From Psammoneis japonica (taxonomy: Eukaryota), in contig QPGO01000056.1 in NCBI GenBank assembly GCA_008632985.1, positions 338,406 to 402,405 of the forward strand: DNA of 64,000 nt. Reading direction: 5' to 3'. The position numbers and the translations under genes are program-made. Shown here in pieces: positions 61,201 through 64,000 of the stretch; position 1 is the first letter of the stretch; the number at the start of each line of letters is the position of its first letter. Under the pieces are notes generated by a model. The model was not told the origin of the DNA, ran no database searches, and was given only the letters and a program-made list of their open reading frames with translations.

Positions 61201-64000
61201 TTTGTTGCACTGGCATCATCACTTGCTTGCTTGCATGTTGCTGGTTTCTTGATTGACCTTGGCCTTGTCAATGGCCCACTCAGCCTCATGAGCAGAAGAG
61301 CAGTGGGCTTGTGCACATCTCAGAGTCTGGCCTGGGCTGAACATCTTGTTCTCCACAGCTTCAAAGCACCTTTCCCAGAGCAAGGCACAAGCCTTGATCA
61401 ACATGCTCTCATGGGTTTTGGTCTTGAGCTGCTCATTTTGCCTGTCATGTGCTGGTCTTCAAACTGGGCTTGTTGACATTCACGTCACATGGAGCAAGAG
61501 TCTTCAACCCTGCCTGCGCCAATGTCATTGCCATGCTCAAAGGCCTTTTTGATGTGATTGACAATGAACTCAGTGGCAACCTCACAGCCTGCATGCTGGC
61601 TGCCACCCAAGAGCACAGCTGGCAAACAGGGTCACTGCAGGTGCTCTTCTTGGTGTGCTTGACCTGCATCTCCTCTTCAAGGAACACCTTCCTTGGCTTC
61701 TGTTTGCTGTTTCTGCCTCTCCTTCTCATGATGGTTTGGCAAAGCAGGACAAATCTCTTTAGCTCCACAAGGCAAATCTCTTGTGCTTTTGGCCTGCTTT
61801 GCAGTGCTCAGAATTGTGCTGCTGGGTCCTTGCTCTGTTTTGGCTACAGAAATTGCCCCTTCTTCTTGTGGCCATTGTCAAGCCACTTTCAGTGATGAGG
61901 CCATTCCTGAGGGGAAAACAGGCAACATTGCAAATGCACGTGCTTCACAAGAGTTAAAAGGGAATTGTGTTGCTGCTTCCTTGAGCAGTTTGAGTTCATG
62001 TGTGGTTCTTGGACAAACACATCAGAGTGCAACGTGATGAGCATGTTCTAAAAAGTCTGTCTCTCAGTGCGTTTGAAGCACAAAATCTCACATTGAACAT
62101 TTCAGTGAAATTCGATGCCAACAATGACAGCAAAAGATGGCTCCTGAGGACTTCTAATTTGCAGACTGCAACACAACCAACACCTTGTGTCAACTCCTTT
62201 GTGCTGTCCACAAGTGATGACAAAAGAAGCTTGCCACCAACCAGCTGTGTGATTGCTCACTGCCCTCTTGTTTCCTTTTCTCTTCAGGAGAGAGTTTTTT
62301 TTTGGCCAGCTGTCTGGGTCAATGAAGTGGTGAGATGCCATGCTTGTCATCACTTTGATCTGGCCCACTGTGAAAGAAAGCAAGCTGTCCTTTTGCTCCA
62401 ATTCGCAGCAGACCCTCACATGCTCTCTGCCCAATGATGCCAGGAGACAGTTGACAAAGTGGTTGACAGATCCACAGATGAGATGTGCTTGCAGCAATTT
62501 GGGTTTGCAGACGAACCATGAGCAAAGTCAGAGGAGGATCTCCAGAGCTGACCTCTCAAAGATCATGCAGAAATGTGCAGAATTCAGCACTTGAAGTGAT
62601 CAGAAACCAAGCCCTTCACACATGTGACAAGTCATCGGAAAGACTCATTGCAAGCATGAGCATTGTGAAAAGACTTGGGGAATTCGGAGAAACATTCTGA
62701 AGAACTCTGAGGAACATGGAACATGGACAGGACACAAACATGGACAGACACACATGCCCGTGGCACTCTCTTGCACACAAGAACTCACAGTGGATCAATG
62801 GACCTCTTTTGCAGGCCATTTGTTTGACCAGAACATGATCCAGATTGTTGGGGGAGACACCATCTGACCACTTTTGCAAGCAAAGCAGTTTGGAAGTGGT
62901 GTCAAAAAAGTTGTTGGTCACTCTTGTGGAGTGCTTGGATTGTCTCCTGAGGCAATTGCAGACTCTAAGATGAGCTCAGTTGGTGCAGGAGAAAGAGCCA
63001 GTCACAGAGAAAGCACCACCTGAAGTCACAAAAACTGATGCAAAAGAAGGAGTGGGGTCAACTCCTGGAGCAGAGGACTCTCCGATGGCACGAGTCACAG
63101 TGCCGCAGGTCCTCTCAATTGCCCCAGCCGCATGTGTGTGCAAATCAGGAAGCCAGCGCATGTTGTCTGCTGCCAACTCCTGGCAATGGACTTTCACAGA
63201 TGACCCCAGAGCAACCATTGCCCGCTGGTCCTGTTGGTGTTGGCAGCTGTGATGTGCTGACACAAGCAAGCTCTTGCACAGTCTGGAGTCACCAGCAATC
63301 TCCTGTGTCCTGGTGTGCACTGCGGCATTTCACAGCCCCTTCTTTTTCCTTCAACCAGCAGTTGTTCGATGGGAAGCATTCCTTGCAAGGGCTGCAATGA
63401 ATGCCGCAGGAATGCTGACCAGTGCTCTTGACCAGCAACAAAGTGATTTGTCAGGGTGGCAGCACCGCCCAGCCCTTCTGTGCACTTGTCACCACCGCTG
63501 GGACCAGCAGCTGGGTTGAGTTGCACAATGCATGGGCATGACGGGACTTGCCCAAATGCAGGTTCCACTTGAGGAGACTCCAAATCTCAAGAAGAACGAA
63601 GACCCACTTTGGCAAGGCGGCAAGTTTGCTGCATTGTCAAGATTGCGTTGTCTTTGAGGTGGGGCTCATGACTGCACATTGTTTTGCCTTTTGTTGCAAA
63701 TGTCATCACTGCAGTGCAGCAAAACAATGGGGAGCCCTCTCCACTTGTCCAGCCTGGGGTTCGGGTTCAGCACCCGGCTGTTCTCTTTTGACTGGATGCT
63801 TCCACCGTGTGTGCTTGACCATCAGGAACAGCAGAGTCCCATCACTTGCTCACCATGTCGTGCAACACAGACAATGTCAAGTGGCACTTTTGCTTGACAA
63901 CCTTTGGCTCAGGGAGAGAAATGCATGTGGCAGCAATCCCGTCATGCCAAGTTCTTTCCTTGGTGGACCACCTGGTGGGATGCGGGGGATGCATCCAGGG

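Larger units (their letters stand above)
46742..64000. other. Large TpA- and CpG-depleted block of nested, decayed repeats
   Basis: Very few TA in 17 kb, with survivors mostly in TTAA/CTAA/TTAG contexts. No credible host gene. Confidence 0.9.

Noticed and set aside
1..64000. Alternative genetic code or Tyr->Cys codon reassignment
   Set aside because: Host genes (RPB11, CDC20, PH-START) and the 3' half of Gypsy pol use TAY for conserved Tyr normally. The changes also affect non-coding LTRs and a TSD.
61200..64000. Possible minus-strand LINE endonuclease relic
   Set aside because: Only a weak LDHVLV-like hint, too decayed to support.

Overview
Eukaryotic genomic DNA, most likely from a diatom. 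This is inferred from short GT-AG introns, a bipartite plastid-targeting-like presequence and diatom-type Copia/Gypsy/Penelope elements. Gene islands with normal dinucleotide composition contain a PH-START protein, RPB11, CDC20, a plastid STI1 protein, a truncated-haemoglobin relic, two disrupted DpnI-like nuclease copies and an 879-aa unknown protein. These islands alternate with transposon-rich blocks (pogo-like DNA transposons, Gypsy, Copia, Penelope-like, LINE, a TRIM). The main signal is repeat-targeted hypermutation that converts TpA to TpG or CpA, i.e. A:T->G:C on either strand, the opposite direction to fungal RIP. It turns conserved Tyr codons into Cys/His, including YxDD->CVDD/HIDD in three unrelated reverse transcriptases. 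It accounts for 7 of 8 differences between sister LTRs, has changed a TA target-site duplication to TG, preferentially spares YTAR contexts and stops sharply near host genes. Most short Cys/His-rich ORFs in the track are artefacts of losing TAA/TAG stops. Other leads are a young TIR element encoding a 693-aa protein with no recognisable DDE motif, a TRIM with an internal tRNA-like module, and eukaryotic DpnI-like genes. All family assignments are motif recognition by eye, not database searches.
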